From Nitrospiraceae bacterium (GTDB lineage: Bacteria; Nitrospirota; Nitrospiria; Nitrospirales; Nitrospiraceae), in NCBI GenBank assembly GCA_035607135.1, contig DATNCR010000348.1, forward strand, positions 1 through 50,913: 50,913 nucleotides of DNA, written 5' to 3'. The position numbers and the translations under genes are program-made. The notes under the pieces were generated by a model that did not search any database, had not been told where the DNA came from, and was given only the letters and a program-made list of their open reading frames with translations. Below are positions 1-8,724 of the stretch, piece after piece (positions within the stretch are counted from its first letter, which is position 1; every line of letters begins with the position of its first letter).

Positions 1-504
1 CAGCAAACTCAACCAGATTTTGCCGTCCTGGATGTGATGATGCCACTGCTCAATGGGTTGGATGTCATTCGAGAAATCCGACGTATCTCGCCGCAAACCA
101 AGTCTCTCCTCTTGACCATGCATACCGACGATGCCTTTGTCCTGGAGTCGCTGAGCGCCGGAGCGAAGGGTTATCTCTTGAAAACACAAGCGATCGATGA
201 CGTGGTTCGAGCCATTCGCGAGGTCTCGAAGGGATCATTTTATTTGAGCCCAAGTATTTCACAAACAGTCATCCAAGCCTATCTTGCGAAAACCAATCTG
301 CCTTCCGACCCTCTGACATCCAGGGAACGAGAAGTACTCCAACTCGTAGCGGAAGGGATGACGACCAAAAAGGTGGCCAGCTTGCTGGGCGTAAGCATCA
401 AGACCGCCGAATGTCACCGCCATCGAATCATGGATAAGCTGGACATCCATGACACGGCCAGTTTGGTCCGGTACTCTATTCGACGCCGCTTGATTGAACC
501 GTAA
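1..504 (+). CDS. NarL/FixJ (LuxR-type HTH) response regulator, 5' end cut by the window edge
   Basis: Frame 1 is open from base 1. PDFAVLDVMMPLLNG matches the receiver phospho-Asp region. The C-terminal LTSREREVLQLVAEGMTTKKVASLLGVSIKTAECHRHRIMDKL matches a LuxR/GerE helix-turn-helix. Confidence 0.85.
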   Translation, partial: QQTQPDFAVLDVMMPLLNGLDVIREIRRISPQTKSLLLTMHTDDAFVLESLSAGAKGYLLKTQAIDDVVRAIREVSKGSFYLSPSISQTVIQAYLAKTNLPSDPLTSREREVLQLVAEGMTTKKVASLLGVSIKTAECHRHRIMDKLDIHDTASLVRYSIRRRLIEP

Positions 505-519
505 AGCCCGCACGAGATT

Positions 520-1221
520 GTGTCTGCAATGGCCAAGATCCTGGTCGTCGAAGACATGGAGAGTGTGGTCAAGCTCCTGCGAATGCTATTGGAGCGTGAG
601 GGTTTTGAGGTGACCGTTGCTCAAGACGGCCTGGAAGCATTGGAAGCCGTCCGGCGGGACAAGCCTGACCTCGTGCTGCTGGATTTGTTACTGCCGGAAT
701 TGGATGGGTTAGAAGTCTGCAGACGCATTCGGCACGATCCGCTTACCGCTCATGTGCCTATCATTATCCTTAGCGGCAAGGATGAAGTAGCCGACAAGGT
801 CATCGGGCTGGAAATCGGCGCCGACGATTATATCACCAAGCCCTTCGAGGCCGATGAATTGATCGCACGCATTAAGGGCCGATTGCGCCGTGCCGCGCCG
901 ACCGATCCGGCGCGCGTGCTCAAGGTGGGAAGTCTCGAGATGCAACTCGATCGTCATACGATCACGCTGCGCGGCAAGCCCATCCATCTCACGTCGAAGG
1001 AATTCAATCTCCTCAGGATGCTCATCATGACCAATGGCCGGGTCCTAAGTCGGGATGCCTTGTTTGAATCGGTCTGGGGGCATCACAAGGATGCGGGTCT
1101 GCAATCCCGTACCATCGACGTGCACATCCGCAGCCTTCGGAATAAGCTAGGTCCGGAAGCGTCCCGAATCTTCACCGTCCGAAATGTAGGCTATCGGCTC
1201 GATCCGGCCCCACAAAAATAA
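520..1221 (+). CDS. OmpR/PhoB-family response regulator (receiver plus winged-helix domain)
   Basis: KILVVEDM...PDLVLLDLLLPELDG is a receiver domain. LTSKEFNLLRML...TVRNVGYRL is a winged-helix trans_reg_C domain. ATG at 529 (MAKILVV) is an alternative to the GTG at 520. Confidence 0.9.
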   Translation: MSAMAKILVVEDMESVVKLLRMLLEREGFEVTVAQDGLEALEAVRRDKPDLVLLDLLLPELDGLEVCRRIRHDPLTAHVPIIILSGKDEVADKVIGLEIGADDYITKPFEADELIARIKGRLRRAAPTDPARVLKVGSLEMQLDRHTITLRGKPIHLTSKEFNLLRMLIMTNGRVLSRDALFESVWGHHKDAGLQSRTIDVHIRSLRNKLGPEASRIFTVRNVGYRLDPAPQK

Positions 1222-1364
1222 GTTCGTAGCGCGCTCCATTCACTCGCATCTTTTTCCCCAAGGGAGTCGCAGCTCCACGAGTCCCCCGGATTTACACACG
1301 TTGTTACACATACTTTCTCAGAGTCGAGTCGCTAAGACCCTCCACCGAATCCCATGATAGACTC

Positions 1365-3770
1365 CTACTCTGCTGTCCCGACTCGACTGAGCCGCGCGAT
1401 ACCTTGCATCGTCGTTGATTGGTATCGGGTAAAGGTTCCCCCTACGAAAATGTCGCCGCCGGCGTCTGGCGCGCGCTCGATAGATCTGACAAAGCCGTTA
1501 AATCCCGCTCCCACCATGAATGAGGGATCACGCATACCAGATTGATTGAGCCGCACGATACCCGGTGACGCCGTTCCATTGACAGTGGTGAATGTCCCGC
1601 CCACATAGAGTCCGGCAGCTTCTTCAGAAATTGCCATGGAAAAGACGACTCCATCCAACGTGACTAAATTGAAGCCCACGTCAATACGGCCATCGGGGTT
1701 GAGTCTGACAATATGACTTTGGTATGTGCCATTGGGATTCGTTGTCAAGGAGGCGACCATCAGATTGCCGCTCCCGCTGAGTATGGTCATGGTGACCGCT
1801 TGGCTACCATACGGCTCGGGCGCGGCAAAACTTTCATCCACTGTTCCGTCACGATTCAAGCGAAGCAATTGAGCCAATCCACCCAGGGGCTGAAACCGCA
1901 CATAGATATCGCCGCTGCCATCCAAGGTTGGCACGATTTGACGCACAATACCTGGCGGAAGCGTTAAGTCGAATCCGCGATCACGTGAACCGTCGGGATG
2001 GATCCGCACGGCTCCATTGACAGTCATCCCGTTATAGGAACTGAATTGGCCTCCGGCATAGAGGTCGGTGGTGTCGTCTTCAGCAGCTGCGATGGTCTCG
2101 ATCACGCTTCCGATGTTGAATTCAGGTGTGAACGTGCTATCCCGTGTGCCACTCGGCAGGAGCCGTACAAGTGGAGAGACCGGCTGGCCGTCATATGCGG
2201 AAAAATCTCCCCCCACATACAGGCGTGCGGTACCGTCTCGTGATGCCAGGGGAATCACTCGGAATCCAAGTCCTCCGAAGCCGGATCCCGACGAAAAGGT
2301 CGTGTCGGGTTGGCCCGTGGCGGTCAATCGTGTCACGTGGTTCGTGATCGCCCCGTTATACGAAGTAAAGAGGCCGGTGGCATAGAGCGACCCACCTCCA
2401 ACATTGACTGGAGCTACATTGATCGGGAAGCCATTGCCATTAAATCCTGATCCCGTGAGAGTTCCGCTGTCCTGCGTGCCGTCGCTGTTTAATCTCACGA
2501 ATTGATTCACGCCCGTCCCGTTCGCGGCCAGGAATTGGCCTCCCACATATACATCTCCGCTCCCGTCCAGCGTGCCAGCGATGTCCTTGACGGGGCCATC
2601 GAATTGGACCGCCATGAATGTGGGATGACGTGTGCCATCGGCTTTAAATCGCACGACCTGTATGTTATGCAGGCTCATTTCCTGTGCAACAAACCAGTCC
2701 CCGCTGCCATCGATCGCTTTGGCCAATGCCATCACCGTACTGGCCAAGTCGATTTGTGGGCGTGGCGAGGTGAGATCCAACGCTCCGTTCGGATTGATAC
2801 GCACGAGTCCTCGGATAGGGTTGACGAATGGCAGCGGATCAGTGAGATTCGCCAGATTGACGACGGCGAACAGATCGCCACTGCCGTCGTTCACGGGGAC
2901 CAGGAGGCTGATCGCCGACCCTTCGATCAAGCCATCTCCCGGTATGTCAAAACTCGGATCCAGGGTCCCATCGACATTGAGACGGAATGCACCAATGGAG
3001 CGATATCCTGCCGGGCTCACCTGGGCAAAGATCACGCCGTACACTTTTTTGCTGCCGTCGTTGACGGGCACGATGCGCCAGACATGGAGGTCCGTACTGA
3101 TGTCCAGGGACCGTGCATCAAACGTCGGATCTAGGTCGCCATTTGGGAGCAGCCGCACGACAGCGCCTACCGGCGTGCCATTATATTGTCCTTCCACGGC
3201 AGCATACAGACGAGCGGATCCATCGCCGACCGGGGTGAGGCTGCGGACCACCGGCTTAAAGAGGGGGTTAGAAGGAATGACGAACCATTTTGCGGTAACC
3301 GTGGCCAGGGCAAAAACTGGATTGATGGTGCCATCAGCGTGTACTCTCCGGATATGACCGATATCCATAGTCGCGCTATTTTCGTCTCCCAAAGAATAAT
3401 CCGCCACATACAGATCGCCACTGCCATCATCGACGAGTGCCATACTGGCAATATTCCCGGCGACTGAATCGGCTAGCGTGAACCCTGCATTGAGGCGTCC
3501 ATTCGGGCGCAACCGCACGATTGGTCTGACCATCCGATCGCCGTAGGTAGTGAAATCGCCCAACACATAGACATCACCGCTGCCATCGGGAATCGGAAGA
3601 ATTTGAGTCACCGGTTCATTAAACCCTCGGGCCTGATTAAATCCTGCGCCTGGATTGCTGGCAGTCGGCGGAAGGCTCGCACCACTCCCTCCGCTACTGC
3701 CGCATCCGGACCAGCACATCAAGAGGAAAGGAAGAACGCAGCCAGTCAGCGCCCGCATTGCTCGTGTCAT
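1365..3770 (-). CDS. Delta-60-repeat (beta-propeller-like) surface lipoprotein
   Basis: Lipoprotein-type signal MTRAMRALTGCVLPFLLMCWSGC. More than 10 copies of the repeat G-x-F-x-x-Y-(N/D)-G...(V/I)-R-L-x-x-(D/N/S)-G-x-x-D-x-x-F, for example GGQFSSYNGMTVNGAVRIHPDGSRDRGF. The longer ORF start at 3833 is possible but lacks a signal peptide. Confidence 0.72.
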   Translation of the reverse strand: MTRAMRALTGCVLPFLLMCWSGCGSSGGSGASLPPTASNPGAGFNQARGFNEPVTQILPIPDGSGDVYVLGDFTTYGDRMVRPIVRLRPNGRLNAGFTLADSVAGNIASMALVDDGSGDLYVADYSLGDENSATMDIGHIRRVHADGTINPVFALATVTAKWFVIPSNPLFKPVVRSLTPVGDGSARLYAAVEGQYNGTPVGAVVRLLPNGDLDPTFDARSLDISTDLHVWRIVPVNDGSKKVYGVIFAQVSPAGYRSIGAFRLNVDGTLDPSFDIPGDGLIEGSAISLLVPVNDGSGDLFAVVNLANLTDPLPFVNPIRGLVRINPNGALDLTSPRPQIDLASTVMALAKAIDGSGDWFVAQEMSLHNIQVVRFKADGTRHPTFMAVQFDGPVKDIAGTLDGSGDVYVGGQFLAANGTGVNQFVRLNSDGTQDSGTLTGSGFNGNGFPINVAPVNVGGGSLYATGLFTSYNGAITNHVTRLTATGQPDTTFSSGSGFGGLGFRVIPLASRDGTARLYVGGDFSAYDGQPVSPLVRLLPSGTRDSTFTPEFNIGSVIETIAAAEDDTTDLYAGGQFSSYNGMTVNGAVRIHPDGSRDRGFDLTLPPGIVRQIVPTLDGSGDIYVRFQPLGGLAQLLRLNRDGTVDESFAAPEPYGSQAVTMTILSGSGNLMVASLTTNPNGTYQSHIVRLNPDGRIDVGFNLVTLDGVVFSMAISEEAAGLYVGGTFTTVNGTASPGIVRLNQSGMRDPSFMVGAGFNGFVRSIERAPDAGGDIFVGGTFTRYQSTTMQGIARLSRVGTAE

Positions 3771-3900
3771 AGTCAATCTTTTCGGCGGGTCGGCAATTGA
3801 ATCCCGAGCAGCTCGGCTCGGTGAGATTGGCATATTGACGTGAAATCAGAGGTACAAATCACTGCGGCGAGGCCCGGAACACTCTCACAGTACCTATCCT

Positions 3901-4821
3901 CTATATCACTGGCCCAAAATGATCTGACCATTGCCGGGCGAGGATTGCGCCACTTTGATGCAGACGTCTTGCCTCCTCGATAGACAATGGTGAAAACGTT
4001 CTGGCACGGCGAAGGTTCTGTTTGAGTTCATCATGGGTCACCATGCCAATCACAGCGCAGCTTACCTGTGGTTGGCTTAAGGCATATCGGAACGCCAGGT
4101 CATGATGTTCAGGCGGCATTTGGGAATGACTTACAGTCGCTGGCGGAGGATCCTTGGCGCCGCCGAAGACCTTCATGGCGATTAATCCGATATTGCCATG
4201 AGCGGCAGCCGGCCATACGTGCTCCTCGAAATTGTAGGTATGGCGATCCGCAAAATTGACCGCATTCAATAACACATCCACATCAACATGGCGTATAGCG
4301 GAAAGAAATCGCGATGGTCGACTATGTCCGGATAATCCTACGAACCGCGTCAGGCCAAGCGCCTTAGCTTTCATGAGCGCGGCATAGGTGCCTGACTTGC
4401 TAAAGACCGTTTGTGGATCCATTCTGTCATCGCCGACACTATGCACGAAAACCAAATCGGCATAATCTGTCCCCAGTTCCCGCAGATTCCGATCCAGCAG
4501 TCGTAGGGCTCGTTCTCCTTCAGGCTCGAAACACTTGGTCACCAAAAATACTTGACGACGGACATGCTTGAGCACATGACTAAGCTGGATCTGGGCCTTC
4601 CCATAGCCGGCGAATTCAGGCGCAGTGTCGAAGTATGTAATTCCTTGACAGTATGCTGTTTCATAGAGATCGACCGCCTCTCTCATTGTTAGACGTTGTC
4701 CGGCAGCTGCGGTGCCGAATCCGAGAATGGGCAGTTCAACCCCGGTCTTGCCGAGTACACGCTTGGGCAATGTCCCCGAGGATCTTTGAATACCGAACAT
4801 TGGCATAGCATAAGTCTTCAT
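3901..4821 (-). CDS. Aldo/keto reductase family oxidoreductase
   Basis: 306-aa ORF with LGKTGVELPILGFGT...GITYFDTAPEFAGYGKAQ...GLSGHS, which are typical AKR motifs. Confidence 0.82.
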   Translation of the reverse strand: MKTYAMPMFGIQRSSGTLPKRVLGKTGVELPILGFGTAAAGQRLTMREAVDLYETAYCQGITYFDTAPEFAGYGKAQIQLSHVLKHVRRQVFLVTKCFEPEGERALRLLDRNLRELGTDYADLVFVHSVGDDRMDPQTVFSKSGTYAALMKAKALGLTRFVGLSGHSRPSRFLSAIRHVDVDVLLNAVNFADRHTYNFEEHVWPAAAHGNIGLIAMKVFGGAKDPPPATVSHSQMPPEHHDLAFRYALSQPQVSCAVIGMVTHDELKQNLRRARTFSPLSIEEARRLHQSGAILARQWSDHFGPVI

Positions 4822-4923
4822 GCGTATTGCGAAACTCGGAATTCCCCGAGTGCATGAACAAGCTCGCTGCTTATCTTATATGTTCTTTTCTCCAAACCGT
4901 CCCTCATTGAAAGGTCTGGCCAG

Positions 4924-4955
4924 AAAAAAGGCTCGACACCATTTGGTACCGAGCC
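4924..4955 (-). terminator. Rho-independent terminator downstream of the 5068-6438 gene
   Basis: The minus-strand RNA reads GGCUCGGUACC-AAAU-GGUGUCGAGCC followed by UUUUUU. This is an 11-bp stem (two G-U pairs) that is well paired only on the minus strand. It lies about 110 nt after the stop at 5068. Confidence 0.6.
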
Positions 4956-5067
4956 TGCTTCGGATTTCCGCAAAGTCTCTACTGCGTTTGCGCCACATGC
5001 CCTTGCGTTTCCCCTGAGGCCATCGCGTTGTGCACAAGGATCCGTTGTGCTTTCACGGCATGGCCTC

Positions 5068-6438
5068 TCAGCTACCAGGCTTTACAAGCTCTACAATGAA
5101 CGTGTCGATGCGAGTCCCGATTCCAAAATCTCCCTTAGAGGACCCCAGTGTGCCATCCCAATAACTGGAAAAGAGGGCCCAGCGGCCGTCATTGGAGATT
5201 TGCGCAAACGCCTCCCCAAAATAACCGCCTCCGCCATTGTGATTGTGGGCAAATCGCCAGACAGTATTGGACCCATCGCAGGCCGCCATGATGATCTCCC
5301 CATACCATGGCAAGGGACCTGGAGGCGGGGTGATGTTGTACCGCGAAAACAAAATCGGTGCGTTGGGATTTGTTGAAGCATTGAACCAAGAACTATGCTC
5401 TGCATCGTACCATCCAATAGTTCCCGATGGCTGCATCAGATAGATATACTTGGCGGCATCCGTCATGTTATTCGGATCTCGAATCATCGCGCCGCGCGAA
5501 TCCCTCCCATTCGTTGATCCAGATCCATTCACCAATTTTCCATCACCCAACGCGATGTGTCCCGCCCAGACGCCCTTTGCCAAGGACCAGGTATTCGTGT
5601 TGAGGTTCAGCACCGCGATCCCCTTTCCCCAGCTCTGCCGCACAAATTGCACGGCGAGCCAAGATCCACCGGCACTGCCGGCGATCGAATGAATGCCGAT
5701 GGTCTGACCGGAGGCCGCGGTCGGCCAGTTGGAATCGGTCTGAGCGATGCCATTGATCGTCCGTTTTACAATGTCGATGAATTTATTTTGAGTGGGGTTG
5801 CCAGGGTCGATGCAGAATAGTTTCGTATATGTGTCCTGGGTACCAGCTCCCGCCACCGAACAGACCCAGTTGTCTCGACCAGCCACCGCGACATGCCAGG
5901 TGACGGGATCGTTAGTGGGTGGCCCGCCCAGATTTATCGTGGTATCCGTGGATATGTTGTATTTGCCCAGCTGATTGCCATTGAGAAAATAGAGGACGTG
6001 AGGATCCACCGCGGACCATTCCCAAAAATGGTTAATGTTCAACGGATGTAACGAGGGTTGAGACGATCCGCCGCCAACGTTGAAGTTGACGGGATCAAAC
6101 GTGACCCACCAAGACTTACCGTTCGCACTCATCAGTTTCAGTGCGGTCGAATCAGCGTTCCAGGTTCTGAAGAACCCGGCATCGCCAGGAATCAAGGACA
6201 TCCCTCCTGCCGTATTGGCGTCGGTAACCCGTAGGATGCGGGAGCCAAAAGTCGGATCTGCCAATATGGAGTTCGCTGGCCCTAAGGCAGGCGGAGGAGG
6301 GATAGGTTTTGGATCAACTCCCGTGTAGCCGGAATACACAGAGGGGGCAGTAACGGCTGAGGCGGGGAGTGCCAGGCTCAAGAGCAAGAAACATAGGATC
6401 AGGCTGAAGGGTATAGCGATGCTGGTGCGTATTTTCAT
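5068..6438 (-). CDS. Secreted hypothetical protein, probably beta-propeller-like; resembles the 7248-8645 gene product at its ends
   Basis: Signal peptide MKIRTSIAIPFSLILCFLLLSLALPASA with GGAGG upstream. Shares DPTFGSRILRVTDANT and a C-terminal ISNDGRWALFSSYW-type motif with the neighbouring protein. I recognise no catalytic family. Confidence 0.65.
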   Translation of the reverse strand: MKIRTSIAIPFSLILCFLLLSLALPASAVTAPSVYSGYTGVDPKPIPPPPALGPANSILADPTFGSRILRVTDANTAGGMSLIPGDAGFFRTWNADSTALKLMSANGKSWWVTFDPVNFNVGGGSSQPSLHPLNINHFWEWSAVDPHVLYFLNGNQLGKYNISTDTTINLGGPPTNDPVTWHVAVAGRDNWVCSVAGAGTQDTYTKLFCIDPGNPTQNKFIDIVKRTINGIAQTDSNWPTAASGQTIGIHSIAGSAGGSWLAVQFVRQSWGKGIAVLNLNTNTWSLAKGVWAGHIALGDGKLVNGSGSTNGRDSRGAMIRDPNNMTDAAKYIYLMQPSGTIGWYDAEHSSWFNASTNPNAPILFSRYNITPPPGPLPWYGEIIMAACDGSNTVWRFAHNHNGGGGYFGEAFAQISNDGRWALFSSYWDGTLGSSKGDFGIGTRIDTFIVELVKPGS

Positions 6439-6491
6439 GATGTGCGCCTCCTGCCGCTAAGCCGATACTCTTACAAATCACTGGGGATCAT

Positions 6492-6522
6492 AAAAGGCCC
6501 GACGTCTTTTCGGTACCGAGCC
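6492..6522 (-). terminator. Second, degenerate copy of the GGCTCGGTACC terminator-like hairpin, in the 5' leader of the 5068-6438 gene
   Basis: The minus-strand RNA reads GGCUCGGU...GACGUCGGGCC followed by UUUU. About 27 of 31 nt match the 4924-4955 element in the same orientation. It ends about 54 nt upstream of the start codon at 6438. Confidence 0.4.
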
Positions 6523-7247
6523 TTTCACCTCTAATTTTGCCACGCTGCCACTGCGCGTCATGAGTTCGCAGTGTTTGAGTTTCGTATTTCCGAAGGCGCG
6601 TTCTCCGATAGTCGGAGCTTTATCACCAATGCGCCCATACATCGCGTCCTGGTTCAGTTAAAAAGTCATATGGCGTTTCACCATTTCTTCACCTCTCGTC
6701 AACTGTTCTGCTGTAGGCACTTGCCTAGAGCAGAAGAACGATGTGTGACTCATAGGTCAAGTCTCATCTCCTACGGTCCCATGGGAAACCATCAATCTTT
6801 CCCTTCCTCTTCACCGCTCATGCGCAGCATATTTGGTTCTGACCCTCCGCGTCCTACGACGGCACATACCTTGCTTGGTTACCACATGGTAGACCGAATG
6901 AGTGAATGACGGCGTCAGCTGTCATGACGCGGGTGCTGTGCCGACAATTGGATGAGGCATCACTAGGACGACAAATCTGGGAGGCAATCGCCTGGAAGCG
7001 TTTCAAAGTCTCTTCACAATTACTCTAATTGTTCTTTATTGAGCGACACGATTGCTGCAGTCGAACCGAGACTTTTCCATCTGCTCGGCTGTTTCCCGTC
7101 CCAGTTCGATCGGAAATTCCATCTATGGCACGTGAATAATCTTTACTATTTCTTAACGTACTTTTTCCCATTTTCTGACATTGGATTTACATGTTTTCAC
7201 TGACGATCCGTCCAACGATGTTAGATTCAACTACCCGGAGGAAGGTT

Positions 7248-8645
7248 ATGTCGCTCATGGCACTGAGTCAGATAATTCTTCGAAGCGCGCTGCTAGGTTC
7301 ATTACTCCTGGTTTCGACCGCAGGCACGGGAATGGGACAGGTGTCCAGTGTATTCCCCGGTGGTTGGGTGGAACACCAAGGCACGGCTACGCGCGCACGC
7401 TTCAGCGCTTCGCAAATTCAATCGTTCGTCCCTCCTACGCGTGGTCCTTTCACATTTCCCTCTCCCTATAATACGAAAGCCATCCGCATTACTGATGCGT
7501 CGGATTGTGGAGGCACCGATTGCGTCGCCTACGTCGGCTATTCATATTGGCGCAATACCAATGCGCACGAAGGCGGCAATGACATGTGGATTTTTCTGGG
7601 GTTGAACAGTGCAAAGGGGGGAGGGGGTCCGACGCTCTTCAAATTGGACAAGACCACCGATAACATCACGAAGGTCGGCCCTCTTTTCCCAGCCGGTAGC
7701 AAATTCGTCAGTAATACCGGAGAAGGATGGTATTTCAGCGCCAGTCGGGAAAATAAACTCTATCTGAACGACGGTCCCAAGATGCTGCGCTACGACGTGG
7801 TCTCGCACCTCTTCGACACCGTCTTCGATATCACCGCACACTTCGGGAGTAACCGGTATATCTGGCAAATGCATTCCAGCAATGACGATATGGTTCACAG
7901 CGCCACCTTGCGCGTCTCGAATACCGATGAGGATCTGGGGTGCTTGGTCTATAGTGAAAAGACTCAACAGTTTTCATTTTTCGCCAAGCAGGGCACCTTC
8001 GATGAATGTCATATCGATAAAAGTGGACGGTTCTTGCTGATTGAAGAGAATATCGACAATCTCTACGACGTGGAGAATGTCTTCATCGACTTGCAGACTG
8101 GAGCCCAGAAGACCGTGTACGATCAAGACGGCGCCGTGGCCCATGTCGATATGGGGTACGGGTACGTGGCCGGCTCCGATAATTGGAATCCCTTACCGAA
8201 TGCCTCCGTCACATGGACCTTCACGCCGACGTGGACGAAGGGACCAGTAGATTTTTACAACGTGAATTGGAATGTGTCGCAAGTCAACCATCTCTCTCAT
8301 CAAAATGCCAAAGCCTCCATTCCGATGAAGCAGCAGTTCGCCTGTGGCAGTAGCGCTGATCGCGGCGTGGTTCAAAACGAGCTCGTCTGCTTTCGACTCG
8401 ACACGAGCTATGACCAACTGGTCGTGGCCCCGATCATGACGAACCTGGATGCGCCCGGTGGGGGAACCGATTATGCCAAGACCCCGAAGGGCAACCTGGA
8501 TATCAGCGGGAAATATTTCATCTGGACAACCAACCTCGGTGGTAACAGGTTGGACGCGTTTCTGGTAATGGTTCCCTCTCAAAGGTTGTTGGCACCAGGA
8601 GATCTGACTCCGCCTGTCGCCCCTAACAATTTAAAAGTAACCTAA
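7248..8645 (+). CDS. Secreted hypothetical protein, probably beta-propeller-like; resembles the 5068-6438 gene product at its ends
   Basis: GGAGGAAGG lies 3 nt before the ATG at 7248. Signal peptide MSLMALSQIILRSALLGSLLLVSTAGTG. Motifs YNTKAIRITDAS and DISGKYFIWTTNLGG parallel those of the 5068 gene product. The ORF-track start at 7191 is less likely. Confidence 0.65.
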   Translation: MSLMALSQIILRSALLGSLLLVSTAGTGMGQVSSVFPGGWVEHQGTATRARFSASQIQSFVPPTRGPFTFPSPYNTKAIRITDASDCGGTDCVAYVGYSYWRNTNAHEGGNDMWIFLGLNSAKGGGGPTLFKLDKTTDNITKVGPLFPAGSKFVSNTGEGWYFSASRENKLYLNDGPKMLRYDVVSHLFDTVFDITAHFGSNRYIWQMHSSNDDMVHSATLRVSNTDEDLGCLVYSEKTQQFSFFAKQGTFDECHIDKSGRFLLIEENIDNLYDVENVFIDLQTGAQKTVYDQDGAVAHVDMGYGYVAGSDNWNPLPNASVTWTFTPTWTKGPVDFYNVNWNVSQVNHLSHQNAKASIPMKQQFACGSSADRGVVQNELVCFRLDTSYDQLVVAPIMTNLDAPGGGTDYAKTPKGNLDISGKYFIWTTNLGGNRLDAFLVMVPSQRLLAPGDLTPPVAPNNLKVT

Positions 8646-8724
8646 CGCAGGTCCCTTGTCACATTGTCGAGAGTCCATTTCCAAAGACTGCAGATCCTGC
8701 ACCTCACGCCGCAGTCCGGTCTTT

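Noticed and set aside
6571-6909. 112-aa plus-strand ORF in the long spacer
   Set aside because: It has no Shine-Dalgarno sequence, starts with GTG, has an odd Ser/His/Phe/Arg-rich composition and has no recognisable domain. I treat the region as non-coding pending expression data.
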